A DNA stretch of 64,000 bases from an uncultured Acidobacteriota bacterium (GCA_963843575.1 CAWJKZ010000013.1:640001-704000); one strand, 5' to 3'. Positions 14,380 to 24,474 are shown, numbered from the stretch's first letter. Made by a program: numbers and translations. Notes: generated from the letters alone by a model not told the origin.

Positions 14380-14973
14380 TCATCTACCCGGCGGGGAGCC
14401 GAGGTTCAGGACGCAGATGTCGGGCAGGTTGCGATAGCGCTGATCATAATCCAGACCGTACCCGATGACGAAACGGTCTGGGATCTCGAAGCCCACGTAA
14501 TGCACCGCGACCTCGATCCGGCGCCGCGACGGTTTGTTCAGCAGCGCGACGATGGTCAGGGACTTCGGGCCGCGGGATTCGAGGTTCTGGATCAGATAGT
14601 GCAGGGTTAGGCCGGTGTCGAGGATGTCTTCGACCAGCAGCACGTCTTTCCCCTCGAGGCTCTCGTCCAAGTCCTTAAGGATGCGCACCTCGCCGCTGCT
14701 GAGCGTCGAGGCGCCGTAGCTGCCGACGGCGATGAAATCCAGGGTGACGCCGAGGTCGATGGCCCGCACCAGGTCCGCGTGGAAGATGCTCGCTCCTTTC
14801 AGGATAGCCACGACGTGCGGCGTCTTCCCGGCGTAATCGCGCGTGATGCTCGCGCCGAGCTCCCGGACCCGAGCTTGTATCTTCCGGGCGTCGATCAGGA
14901 CCTCGCCTACGGTTTCGTTCGGACGGTTGTACAGGTTGGCGGCCACGTTTTTCTCCTGAGCAGAGGCCGTCAT
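14380..14973 (-). CDS. hpt: Hypoxanthine phosphoribosyltransferase
   Basis: ILKGA, VLLVEDILDTGLTL PRPP-binding motif, FVIGYGLDY. Confidence 0.95.
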   Translation of the reverse strand: MTASAQEKNVAANLYNRPNETVGEVLIDARKIQARVRELGASITRDYAGKTPHVVAILKGASIFHADLVRAIDLGVTLDFIAVGSYGASTLSSGEVRILKDLDESLEGKDVLLVEDILDTGLTLHYLIQNLESRGPKSLTIVALLNKPSRRRIEVAVHYVGFEIPDRFVIGYGLDYDQRYRNLPDICVLNLGSPPGR

Positions 14974-15073
14974 CTTTACCACAAACCGCGCGGGGTTGAA
15001 ACCGCGACGTGGCGTCGGAACCGCCATTGCGCTTGATGGGCTGCCCGCGATGCACTAAATTTCAGTCTCGACT

Positions 15074-16318
15074 ATGGCTATTGCGCTTCGCAGGGAATCG
15101 GTCGGGGTATGGGTCGGCGGCGTCCAGGTGGGCGGGCGCGAGCCCATCGTCGTGCAGTCGATGACCAACACCGACACGGAGGACGCCGCCTCCACGGCGC
15201 GACAGGTTGCGGCCCTTGCGGCTGCCGGTTCCGAGCTCGTGCGCATCACGGTGAACACGCGGGCGGCCGCCCGGGCCGTCCCCGAAATCCTCGCACGACT
15301 GCGGGACCAGGGTTGCGAGGTCCCCGTGATCGGCGATTTCCACTACAACGGCCACATCCTGCTGACGGAGTTCCCCGACTGTGCGCGGGCCCTGGCCAAG
15401 TACCGGATCAACCCGGGCAACGTCGGGGCGGGCAGGCACCACGACGAGAACTTCCGGCGCATGATCGACGTCGCTGGGGAAAACGGCCGGCCGGTGCGCA
15501 TCGGCGTGAACTGGGGCTCGCTCGACCAGGCGCTGCTTACCCGCCTGATGGACGAAAACACCCGGAGCCCGGAGCCGAAAGGCTCGCGGGCGGTGTTGCT
15601 GGAGGCGATGAACGTCAGCGCGCTCGAATCCGCCCGGCGGGCGGAGGAATACGGGCTGGGCGCGGACAAGATCATCCTGAGCGCCAAAGTCTCGGGTGTG
15701 CAGGATCTGGTCGAGGTCTACCGTTCGCTCGCCGCGCGGTGCCGGTATGCCCTCCACCTGGGCTTGACCGAAGCGGGCATGGGGACGCGCGGCGTGGTTG
15801 CGTCGACCGCAGGGCTGGCGGTCCTGCTGCAGGAAGGGATCGGCGACACCATCCGGGTCTCGCTCACCCCTTCACCGGACGGCGACCGCGCCGAGGAGGT
15901 CAGGGTCGCCCAGCAGATCCTTCAGTCGCTCGGGATCCGCAGCTTCATGCCCCAGGTGTCTGCCTGCCCCGGCTGCGGGCGCACCACCTCCACGTTCTTC
16001 CAGGAAATGGCCGGCCGGATCGAGGGCTATCTGCGTGACCGGATGGCCGAATGGCGCCGGAGTTACGAGGGGGTCGAGGAACTAAAGGTGGCGGTCATGG
16101 GGTGTGTGGTCAACGGCCCCGGGGAGTCCAAGCATGCCAACCTCGGGATTTCGTTGCCGGGCACCGGGGAAGAGCCCCGGGCGCCCGTGTTCGTGGACGG
16201 CAAGCTCCTGACCACGCTTCGGGGCGACGGCCTCGTGCAGGAGTTCATCGCCATCCTCGACGACTACGTGCGCACTCGCTACTCTCCCAAAGGTCACCCC
16301 GGGTCCGGCGATTGTTGA
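15074..16318 (+). CDS. ispG: HMBPP synthase IspG/GcpE
   Basis: [47 protein letters not shown]. Confidence 0.97.
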   Translation: MAIALRRESVGVWVGGVQVGGREPIVVQSMTNTDTEDAASTARQVAALAAAGSELVRITVNTRAAARAVPEILARLRDQGCEVPVIGDFHYNGHILLTEFPDCARALAKYRINPGNVGAGRHHDENFRRMIDVAGENGRPVRIGVNWGSLDQALLTRLMDENTRSPEPKGSRAVLLEAMNVSALESARRAEEYGLGADKIILSAKVSGVQDLVEVYRSLAARCRYALHLGLTEAGMGTRGVVASTAGLAVLLQEGIGDTIRVSLTPSPDGDRAEEVRVAQQILQSLGIRSFMPQVSACPGCGRTTSTFFQEMAGRIEGYLRDRMAEWRRSYEGVEELKVAVMGCVVNGPGESKHANLGISLPGTGEEPRAPVFVDGKLLTTLRGDGLVQEFIAILDDYVRTRYSPKGHPGSGDC

Positions 16319-16386
16319 CCCTCCGGCGGTCCCAGTGAGGGAGTGAGCCGCCGCGGCATCGACACGACTGACCCTCCGGATCTGCG

Positions 16387-16423
16387 GTGCACGTTTGCAC
16401 CGGGCGGGAGGCTCTTTCCTCCG
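16387..16423 (+). promoter_or_regulatory. Putative ECF autoregulatory promoter, copy 1
   Basis: GTGCACG-N16-GGCTC-N3-CCTCCG; identical architecture at 18152-18188. Confidence 0.6.
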
Positions 16424-16950
16424 TGGACGAAACCGAGCGGGGACTGGTCGTGCGCGCGCGCATCGGCGACGTCGATGCGTTCTCGTCGCTGGTCGAACTG
16501 CACTGGTGCGCTCTGGTGCGGTTCGCCCGCTCTGTCGGCGGCGAGGCCGACGCCGAGGACTGCGTTCAGGAGGCGTTTGTCGCCGCCTGGCGCAAGCTGC
16601 CCGGGCTTCGGGAACCGGAGGCTTTCCCGGGATGGATGATGCGCATCGTGGCGCGCAAGTGTTTCCGCCGGGGACGATGGGCTGCCCGGCTGCGGCCGCT
16701 CGTTGCCGCGCCGCACCTGCAGGCGCCAAGTGCGACCGGAGCGCTCGAGGTCGAGCAGGTTCTCGGCCTTCTGGCCCCCAGGCAGCGCGCGGTGATGCAC
16801 CTGACGGTCGTCGAGGGCTTCACCGACGCGGAGATTGGCCGCGGCTTGGGGATAGCGGCGTCGTCGGTGCGCTCGCACCGGCGGAAGGCTCGTGAAATCC
16901 TGCGCCTCGCGTTGCGCGCGCCGGCTGCCGGCAAAGGAGGGGACTCATGA
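16423..16950 (+). CDS. ECF RNA polymerase sigma factor
   Basis: Region 2 DAEDCVQEAFVAAW..L, region 4 LAPRQRAV...AEIGRGLG...SVRSH; start may be 16387. Confidence 0.9.
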   Translation: MDETERGLVVRARIGDVDAFSSLVELHWCALVRFARSVGGEADAEDCVQEAFVAAWRKLPGLREPEAFPGWMMRIVARKCFRRGRWAARLRPLVAAPHLQAPSATGALEVEQVLGLLAPRQRAVMHLTVVEGFTDAEIGRGLGIAASSVRSHRRKAREILRLALRAPAAGKGGDS

Positions 16951-17297
16951 CTCGGATCGGGGAACCTGACCGGGAACGGGATTTCGAGGACCGGTGGCGG
17001 GAGTGGGCGTCGCACCCCCCGCACCGAAGCCCTGCCTCCGCAGCCCGCGCGGTGCGGACGCGACTGAGCCGGCCTCCTGCCCCCCGCTGGTGGCTGCCGG
17101 CCGCCGCTGCGGCCCTTGCCGTGACCGCTCTCCTTTCCGTGCGTTCCCTTGGTCCGCCCGGGCCCGTGCCGGCGTCGCTCCCCCTTGCCGGAGCGGAGGC
17201 AACGCCGCCGCTCGGCGACGGGGAGGTGCTGATCTGGCTCGACAAGGATACCCCGCTGTACATGACGTACCAGCAGCCCTCCGGAGGGAACAAATGA
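16947..17297 (+). CDS. Small single-TM protein, putative anti-sigma factor
   Basis: ATGA overlap with the ECF gene, GGAGG RBS, one hydrophobic segment WWLPAAAAALAVTALL. Confidence 0.65.
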   Translation: MTRIGEPDRERDFEDRWREWASHPPHRSPASAARAVRTRLSRPPAPRWWLPAAAAALAVTALLSVRSLGPPGPVPASLPLAGAEATPPLGDGEVLIWLDKDTPLYMTYQQPSGGNK

Positions 17298-18151
17298 CCC
17301 GCACAAAATGCGCGCCGCTCCTGTGCCTTCTCCTCGCCTCCATGGTTCGGGCCGCTTCCGGGCCTCCGGAAGAGCCGGTTCGCACGAGCTTCACCGTGTT
17401 GGTGGGATTTCCTGTCGGACCCGAAGAGGGAAAGAGAGCGGTCCTCCTGGTCCCCGGGACCCTGATCCCGCTCGATGGGTCGGCGCCGGGATCCGGGGAC
17501 AGCATGCGGCGCCAGGTGCTGGACAGGAGTCTCGCCTTCGGCAGGGCGGCCGAGAAGCTCTGGGACACGTTCCGCCTCGACCCGGGCCGCCGCCCCCAAA
17601 AGACCCGGGTGGAGGAGGCACTACCGGATCGTCAGATCGAGCTACCTTCGCTCGAGGAGGCCGACGTGCGCGCCTTCGCCACCCTCCGCGGCTTCACCGA
17701 AAAGACGGCGACCTTCCGCATCGTCTTCCGGCAGGGTGACAAGTCGCTGGCCGACTCAACCGTCGTTGCTGCCCGCGGGGGCCGGGCCGTGGTCGGGGCG
17801 ATGGACGGTGCGGCCGCTCCGTACCTGTTCCTGTTTGTCGAGCCGGACCTTCCCGGCCCGGCCCTCCTGAAGAGTGCCGACATCACCCCGCCCGTCGTCA
17901 TAAGCAAGGTCGACCCGGCTTATCCTCCGGAAGCAAAGGAAGAAAAGGTCATGGGCACCGTCGTGCTCGAGGCGACCGTCGGGATCGACGGGATCGTCAC
18001 CAACATCGTCGCGCTCCAGGACCCGGACCCGCGCCTCACCCGGGCCGCCGCAGACGCGCTGAGGCAGTGGCGTTTTCGTCCGGCACAGCTCAAGGACGGG
18101 ACGCCGGTCGCGGGGCGGATGGCGGTCACGATAAATTTCCAGCTGCGCTGA
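17294..18151 (+). CDS. Exported protein with C-terminal TonB_C domain
   Basis: Signal peptide; C-terminal PAYPPEAK..KVMGTVVLEATV..DG...AA.DALRQWRFRPA. Confidence 0.82.
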   Translation: MTRTKCAPLLCLLLASMVRAASGPPEEPVRTSFTVLVGFPVGPEEGKRAVLLVPGTLIPLDGSAPGSGDSMRRQVLDRSLAFGRAAEKLWDTFRLDPGRRPQKTRVEEALPDRQIELPSLEEADVRAFATLRGFTEKTATFRIVFRQGDKSLADSTVVAARGGRAVVGAMDGAAAPYLFLFVEPDLPGPALLKSADITPPVVISKVDPAYPPEAKEEKVMGTVVLEATVGIDGIVTNIVALQDPDPRLTRAAADALRQWRFRPAQLKDGTPVAGRMAVTINFQLR

Positions 18152-18188
18152 GTGCACGATGTTGCGCCCTTGGGGACTCCTACCTCCG
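18152..18188 (+). promoter_or_regulatory. Putative ECF promoter, copy 2
   Basis: GTGCACG-N16-GACTC-N3-CCTCCG upstream of the small TonB_C gene. Confidence 0.6.
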
Positions 18189-18213
18189 GAAACCTTTTCC
18201 AGGGGAGGAAATC

Positions 18214-18570
18214 ATGATTCGATGCGCAACGATCGCCTTAATGGCCGGGGTGCTTTCATTGGGTTTGATCCATTCGGCGGCGGCGTCCGCCGAGGAAAAA
18301 GTCGCCAAACCAACCCTGCTGCAGAAAGTGGATCCAAAATATCCCGCCGACGCCAAGAGCGAGAAAGTGCAGGGAACTGTCAAGGTGCAGGCTATCATCG
18401 ACACGCAGGGAAACGTTGCCGAGGCCACGGCCTCCGAATCGCCCGACGCGCGCCTCTCGCAGGCGGCCGTCGACGCGGTCAGGCAGTGGAAGTTCAAGCC
18501 CGCCCACACCCTCGCCGGGAAACCGGTGAAGGCCAAGACCACGATTACCGTCAACTTCCGCTTGAAATAG
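18214..18570 (+). CDS. Signal peptide plus standalone TonB_C domain protein
   Basis: GGAGG RBS; AAASA cleavage site; KVDPKYP..AK..KVQGTV...AVDAVRQWKFKPA; no proline-rich linker. Confidence 0.85.
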   Translation: MIRCATIALMAGVLSLGLIHSAAASAEEKVAKPTLLQKVDPKYPADAKSEKVQGTVKVQAIIDTQGNVAEATASESPDARLSQAAVDAVRQWKFKPAHTLAGKPVKAKTTITVNFRLK

Positions 18571-18591
18571 GTGCCGCACAGGAACGCATTC

Positions 18592-18733
18592 TGGAGTGCG
18601 GCGGCCCGACGCCGCCGCAGGCCGAGGTTGCCGGGCCGGAGCGCGCTATTCGATGTGGCGCCGAGGCGCCGAGCATTCCGGCCGCGGGAAACGAATGAAA
18701 GCGGCGCCGAGGTAGCCGAGGTGCCGCACTCCA
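18592..18733. repeat. REP/MITE-like element, family B (TGGAGTGCGGC...GCCGCACTCCA)
   Basis: 11-bp terminal inverted repeats; second full copy at 49439-49544. Confidence 0.75.
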
Positions 18734-18868
18734 AACAGCCCTGTCGCAGAAAGCATCTACCCTGCCGGCATCGAGTTCTGTATCATCCCGCGTACATGAG
18801 GGCCCGGGCCGTTCGGGACTGTGCTATTCTACAAAGCCCTGAACTCGAAACCGCGGGAAACGACGACG

Positions 18869-20632
18869 ATGCTCAAGACGCACCAGTGTGGCGAATTGCG
18901 ATTGGCCGACGCGGGCAAGACCGTAATCCTTGCCGGTTGGCTGCACAGGAGACGGGATCACGGTGGGGTCATCTTCATCGACCTGCGCGATCGTTCCGGA
19001 CTCGTTCAGGTAACAGTGAATCCTGGAGCCACAGAGGCATATGCACCCGCGGAGAAGGCGCGCAACGAGTACGTCCTGAGGATCACCGGGGAGGTGCGCG
19101 CGCGCCCCGCCGGCGCGGTCAACCCGAACCTGGGAACGGGTGAAATCGAGGTGCTCGCGCGGGCGATCGAGATACTCAACCCCTCCAAGCCCCTGCCGAT
19201 GCCCATCGACGACGAGGGCTACAAGACCGACGAATCGCTCCGCCTGAAGTACCGCTACCTGGACCTGCGCCGGGCCCGCATGCAGAAAAACATCGTGCTG
19301 CGTCACCGGACGATCCAGTTCATCCGCGATTACCTGGACAAGGAAGGGTTTCTCGAGATCGAAACCCCCATCATGATCAAGTCGACGCCCGAGGGTGCGC
19401 GGGATTACGTGGTGCCGAGCCGGGTGTGGCCGGGGAAGTTCTTCGCCCTGCCACAGAGCCCGCAGCAGCTGAAACAGCTGCTGATGGTGGCTGGTTTCGA
19501 GAAGTATTTCCAGATCGCACGCTGCATGCGGGACGAGGACCTGCGGGGGGACCGTCAGCCCGAGTTCACGCAACTCGACCTGGAGATGTCGTTCGTCCGA
19601 GCGCGAGGACGTCCTCGACGTGGTCGAGGGGCTGGTAACGGCACTCGTCCCCGCGGTGGTGCCGCACAAGCGCATCTTCACGCCGTTTCCCGAAGTTGAG
19701 CTACGCGGAGGCCATGGCCCGCTACGGCAGCGACAAGCCCGACCTGCGCTTCGGCATGGAGATCGCCGACCTGACCGCGACCTTTCGCACTTCCGGCTTC
19801 CGGGCGTTCTCCGACACGATTCAGTCGGGTGGTGTCGTGCGCGGCCTCGCCGTGCCCGGCGGCGCGGCGTACTCGAGGAAAGAACTCGATGTCCTGACCG
19901 AGATGGTGAAGGCCGCCGGAGGGCGCGGCCTGGCCACGATCGCGTGGGCGGAGGACGGGCTGAAGGGGAGCATCGCCAGGTTCGTGACGGCCGACGAAGC
20001 CGCGGCCGCAGCGGCGGCTCTGAAGGCGGGCCCGGGCGACCTGGCTTGCATCGTGGCCGACAAGCCCGCCGTCGTCGCCAAGGCTCTGGGCGCACTGCGC
20101 CTGGAGTTCCGGGACCGGCTGAAGCTGGCCCCGCCCGATCTGCTCGCCTTCGCGTGGGTCGTCGACTTCCCCATGTTCGAGTGGAGCGACGAGGAGCAGC
20201 GCTGGAGCTTTGCCCACCACCCGTTCACGATGCCCAAGGAGGAGCACCTCGACATGCTCGAGAGCGACCCGAGTTCGGTGCTGTGCAATGCCTACGATCT
20301 GGTGTGCAACGGTTACGAACTGTCCAGCGGCAGCATCCGGATCCACCGCCGCGACATCCAGGCGAAAATCTTCCGCAGCCTCGGGTACAGCGACGAGGAG
20401 GCCTACCGCCGCTTCGGGCACATGCTGGAGGCGTTTGAATACGGGGCGCCCGCCGCACGGCGGGATGGCGCCGGGCATCGACCGGTTGATCATGTTGCTC
20501 GCGGACGAGCCCAACATCCGCGAGGTGATCGCGTTCCCGAAAACCGCGAGCGCGAGCGACCTGATGTTTGACGCCCCCTCGGAGCTCGACCCGAAACATC
20601 TGAGGGAGCTCCACCTCAAGATCACGGAATAG
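18869..20632 (+). CDS. aspS: Aspartyl-tRNA synthetase (frameshifted in assembly)
   Basis: [54 protein letters not shown]; frame changes near 19600, 19690 and 20450. Confidence 0.96.
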
Positions 20633-20692
20633 CGCAAGAGACCGGAAAGGCGGACCGCGCGCCGCGTCGGCTTCCCCTCCGGACTGCCGCCC

Positions 20693-22864
20693 TTACCTCT
20701 TCCGCGGTTTTGTTGCCGGGGCGGGGGCGGGTTCCTCCGCTTTGGCTACGAGCTTCACCGAACCCATCTTCTCGAGCGCCCTCAGGTAGTCGAGCACGTC
20801 GGAGACCGGCACCGGCTCGAATTCGCCCGAAATGAAATCCCGGATTTCGAGCGCGGTCTTTTTCTGCCCGAGCAGGACGTTGAATTCGCCGCTCATGTGG
20901 GTCGGGATCTTCTTCAGCGCGGCTTCGGCTGCCGCCCGGTCCGGCGGCGCGAGGCGCTCCAGCGCCGCTTGGCTGCCGAACCGCCCGAACCCGCCCATAC
21001 CGCCCAGTCCCGTTCTCTCCGCGACCAGGCGGGACGCGAGTTTCTCGTCGTCGGTCGGCGCGGGCTCCTCTGCGGCCACGCCCGCGCGCCTGGACTGAAA
21101 CTCGTAATACGCCTTGATCTCGCCGTACAGCGCGGCGGCCCTCTGATCGATGAGGCCCGCGAGCGTTCCGAGCCTTTCCCCGGCATCCGCGCGATCCCTG
21201 AACAGGACGGCCGAAGAGCGCAGCGCGCTCTTTTCGACCTCGGCCTGATGGCGGACCGCGTTGCGCGCTTCACGGTATGGGACCGCGAGGCCGGACTCCC
21301 CGGCATCGGCCAGGTAGGCGAGACCCTTGCGCTCGGCTTCGCCCATCCGTTCCGTGCCGCGGGCGAGCACTTCGGCCGCCACCTTGGACGCGGCAGCGTC
21401 GTCGGCGGTGGCCAGGACCGTCATCGCGGCCGCCCCGACCACGGCGGCGCGTTTGAACTGGGTCGGATCGAGCTTGTCCGGCGTGTCCTGGGACGAGTGG
21501 TAGTACATGTCCGGCCAGGTGCTGAACATCGCGGCCGGAATCCCCTGGTTGATGTAGATCACGTGATCGCTCGCACCGTAGTGTTTCTCGATCAGGAAGT
21601 AGAACGGGTCCTGGCTTCCGTTCGGGGCGACCACCGGCAGGGTGAAGCCGTAACCGTTGTGCCGGTAGCGCAACCTCTCGCGGTTCAGATTCCCTATGAA
21701 CTCCACGACGCTGGCGCACAGGTCGTTCAAGAAAGACGGCAACGTATCGGGCGTGCGATGCACCACCCAGGAGCTGAAACCCTGCCGGAGGCCGAGCCCT
21801 TCCATGTCGAAGTTGAGATCGGCGATGAGCTTGTTTCGGACGTCCTGGTGCTTGTTGAGCCAGGCCATCGTGCCGCTGATTTCGGGGAGCCAGAGGAAAT
21901 GGATCGTGCGCCTCGGGGGCGGGAGCTTACGCTCGCGCACCAGCCGGATGAACGCGCGCCCCATCTCCAGGGTGGCGGCGCACCCGGAGTTGTCGTCGTT
22001 GGCGCCCTGCTTGGTATAGCCTTCGTAGAGGTGGCCCGAGACCATGATCTCCTGGTCCGACGTGCCGTCGCCGGGGATGGTGGCGTGCACGAGTTCCATC
22101 TCCCCGGGGAAGGTCTCGGCCTTGATGATCGAACGCAGCCTAATCTCTTCTCCCTGCCCAAGGCGACGGGCCAGGTCGCGACCCAGGCGCGGCGAAATCG
22201 ACCAGCCGAACCCGGGGTTGCCGCCCTGCGGCCGCTGCGTCGAGATGCTCTGGGACAGAATCTGGTCCGGGTAGGAATCGGGCCGCATCGAGTTGTAGCT
22301 CAGGACCCCCGCAGCGCCCCTCTCGAACACGGCCTGGCGCTGCAGCGCCCCCGCCCCGGCCGAGCCGAGCACGATCTTCCCTGCCACGTCTTTGCCTGCG
22401 TAGTCCTCCGGGCGCGCGCCGATACCGACGTCGACCAACTGCGCCTCCGATTCGCCCGACGAGCTCCCCGGGCAGGCCGCGATCACGACGTCGTTGACGT
22501 CGTAGAGCTTGCGCAGTTCGGGTTCAGTCATCCAGAGTTCGGCCTGCGCGGCGTGCCACGTGGGCTGGGGGCTGGGGAACGATTCGACCTCGACGGTCTG
22601 AAAACCGTATTCGCGGGCAAGACGCTCCAGGATTTCGGTCTCCCGGAAGCGTCCCTGGTATTCGGCCGGCGTGCGCACCCGAGGGTACGGCACCATTTCG
22701 AGCACCGTGTGCAGGGGCCGCTCTCCCGAGACTTCATTGATGATGGCGCGCATCTGCGTCCAGTCGAGCAAGGTGCGGTCCTCCCGTTCCTGGGTGCGGC
22801 TTGGGGTCGGGGAAAGACAGAACAGCAGAAGGAGCAGGCAGGCGGAAAGACGTGCGAGCGGCAT
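20693..22864 (-). CDS. Exported M28-family metallopeptidase with PA domain
   Basis: Signal peptide; PA-like segment (DVAGKIVL), GHL, GANDDNSG, PEISG, NFDM, SDH, YYHSSQD. Confidence 0.8.
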   Translation of the reverse strand: MPLARLSACLLLLLFCLSPTPSRTQEREDRTLLDWTQMRAIINEVSGERPLHTVLEMVPYPRVRTPAEYQGRFRETEILERLAREYGFQTVEVESFPSPQPTWHAAQAELWMTEPELRKLYDVNDVVIAACPGSSSGESEAQLVDVGIGARPEDYAGKDVAGKIVLGSAGAGALQRQAVFERGAAGVLSYNSMRPDSYPDQILSQSISTQRPQGGNPGFGWSISPRLGRDLARRLGQGEEIRLRSIIKAETFPGEMELVHATIPGDGTSDQEIMVSGHLYEGYTKQGANDDNSGCAATLEMGRAFIRLVRERKLPPPRRTIHFLWLPEISGTMAWLNKHQDVRNKLIADLNFDMEGLGLRQGFSSWVVHRTPDTLPSFLNDLCASVVEFIGNLNRERLRYRHNGYGFTLPVVAPNGSQDPFYFLIEKHYGASDHVIYINQGIPAAMFSTWPDMYYHSSQDTPDKLDPTQFKRAAVVGAAAMTVLATADDAAASKVAAEVLARGTERMGEAERKGLAYLADAGESGLAVPYREARNAVRHQAEVEKSALRSSAVLFRDRADAGERLGTLAGLIDQRAAALYGEIKAYYEFQSRRAGVAAEEPAPTDDEKLASRLVAERTGLGGMGGFGRFGSQAALERLAPPDRAAAEAALKKIPTHMSGEFNVLLGQKKTALEIRDFISGEFEPVPVSDVLDYLRALEKMGSVKLVAKAEEPAPAPATKPRKR

Positions 22865-22962
22865 GCGACGGGCCCTCCGGTGAATGGACGGCGAACCGGT
22901 AGACCCGCTGGCCTGCACGGGATCCGTTTCGCAATCAGTCGTGAGGGGCGATTTTAGAGGGT

Positions 22963-24474
22963 TCAGCCCGCGTCTGTCGCGGAAAATATGAGCCGCCCCG
23001 CTCGGATCAGTCGGCGCACGGCCTCGATGTCGGGGGAGACCGGGCGGTCCCGCTCGAGCGGCGGGACGAACTCGCGCACGAGGGCGTAGGCTCGGCCCGT
23101 GCCGGCGCCGGGTTGCAGGGGCTTCCGGAATTCCAGCGCCTGGCAAGCGGCGAGGATCTCGGCGGCAAGCGCGATTTCCGCGTTGTCGACCACGTCGCGC
23201 AGCTTGAGGGCTGCGGTCATCCCCATGCTGACGTGGTCCTCCTTGTTGGCCGACGTCGGGACGCTGTCGACCGAGGCCGGGTGCGCCAGGATCTTGTTTT
23301 CCGAGACGAGGGCCGCGACGGTGACCTGGAGCATCATGTAGCCCGAAGACACGCCCGGTTCGCGGATGAGGAAGGCCGGCAGACCGGAGAGATCGGGGTT
23401 CACGAGGCGCTCGAGCCGGCGCTCGGAGATGCTTGCCAGGTCGGCGAGCACGAGTGCCGCGTAGTCGTAGGCGTAGCCCAGCGGCGCCCCGTGGAAATTG
23501 CCCCCGGAGAGGATCGCGTCGTCTTCCGGAAAGACGAGCGGGTTGTCGGTGGCGCTGTTCATCTCGCGCGCGAGCACGGTCAGCGCGTGGTCGAGCGCGT
23601 CGCGCACGGCGCCGTGCACCTGGGGGATGCAGCGCAGGGAGTACGCGTCCTGCAGGCGGCCGCAGTCCCTGTGGGACGCCACGATCTCGCTGCCGCGCAG
23701 CAGGGCGCGGAGGCGGGCGGCGGTCTTCCGTTGTCCGGGGTGCGGGCGGACGTCTTGGATGCGCGGGTCGGCTGCCGCCGGCGTGCCCAGCAGCGCGTCG
23801 AGCGACAAGGCTCCGGCCACGTCGGCGGTCTCGACCAGGCGGTGGGCCCGCTCGAGGGCCAGCCCGCCGGTGGCGAGCATGAACTGGGTGCCGTTCAGGA
23901 GCGAGAGCCCTTCCTTGGCCTCGAGCCGAAGCGGGGTCAATCCCGCCCGCCGCATCGCCTCGGCGCCCGGGAGCGGCTCGGATCGGTATGTGGCTTCCCC
24001 TTCCCCGATCAGGACCAGCGACATGTGCGCCGAGGGGGCGAGGTCGCCGCTGGCCCCGCACGAACCGCGCGACGGCACAACGGGATGAACGCCGCGGTTG
24101 AGCATGTCGAGCAGGAGTTCGATGATCTCCGTCCGTACCCCCGAGAAACCTTTGGCCAGGGAGTTGGCCCGCATCAGCAGGGCGGCACGGACCTCGTGCT
24201 CCGGCAGCGGTTCGCCGACACCGCAGGCGTGGCTCCGGAGCAGGTTGACCTGCAGTTCCCGCAGCTTGTCGTACGGGATCCGAACGTCGCTGAGCTTGCC
24301 GAAGCCCGTCGTGACCCCGTAGATCACGGTGTCGGCGTTCAAGGCCCGCTCGATGACCGCGCGACAGGCGCTCACTCGGGCCCGGGCATCGGAGGAAAGC
24401 CCGACCTCTTCACCCTCAAGCGCGATGCGGGTCACTACATCCAGCGACAGGGACTCACCATCGATCAGAATCAA
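22963..24474 (-). CDS. hutH: Histidine ammonia-lyase
   Basis: YGVTTGFG, MIO-forming GASGDLAP, QDAYSLRC, SGGNFHG, EDHVSMG. Confidence 0.94.
   Translation of the reverse strand: MILIDGESLSLDVVTRIALEGEEVGLSSDARARVSACRAVIERALNADTVIYGVTTGFGKLSDVRIPYDKLRELQVNLLRSHACGVGEPLPEHEVRAALLMRANSLAKGFSGVRTEIIELLLDMLNRGVHPVVPSRGSCGASGDLAPSAHMSLVLIGEGEATYRSEPLPGAEAMRRAGLTPLRLEAKEGLSLLNGTQFMLATGGLALERAHRLVETADVAGALSLDALLGTPAAADPRIQDVRPHPGQRKTAARLRALLRGSEIVASHRDCGRLQDAYSLRCIPQVHGAVRDALDHALTVLAREMNSATDNPLVFPEDDAILSGGNFHGAPLGYAYDYAALVLADLASISERRLERLVNPDLSGLPAFLIREPGVSSGYMMLQVTVAALVSENKILAHPASVDSVPTSANKEDHVSMGMTAALKLRDVVDNAEIALAAEILAACQALEFRKPLQPGAGTGRAYALVREFVPPLERDRPVSPDIEAVRRLIRAGRLIFSATDAG

Noticed and set aside
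18869-20632. Split aspS (also rlmN and the M16 peptidase) as real gene fission
   Set aside because: Same indel pattern; motifs continue across frames and no slippery-site plus stimulator structure is evident.
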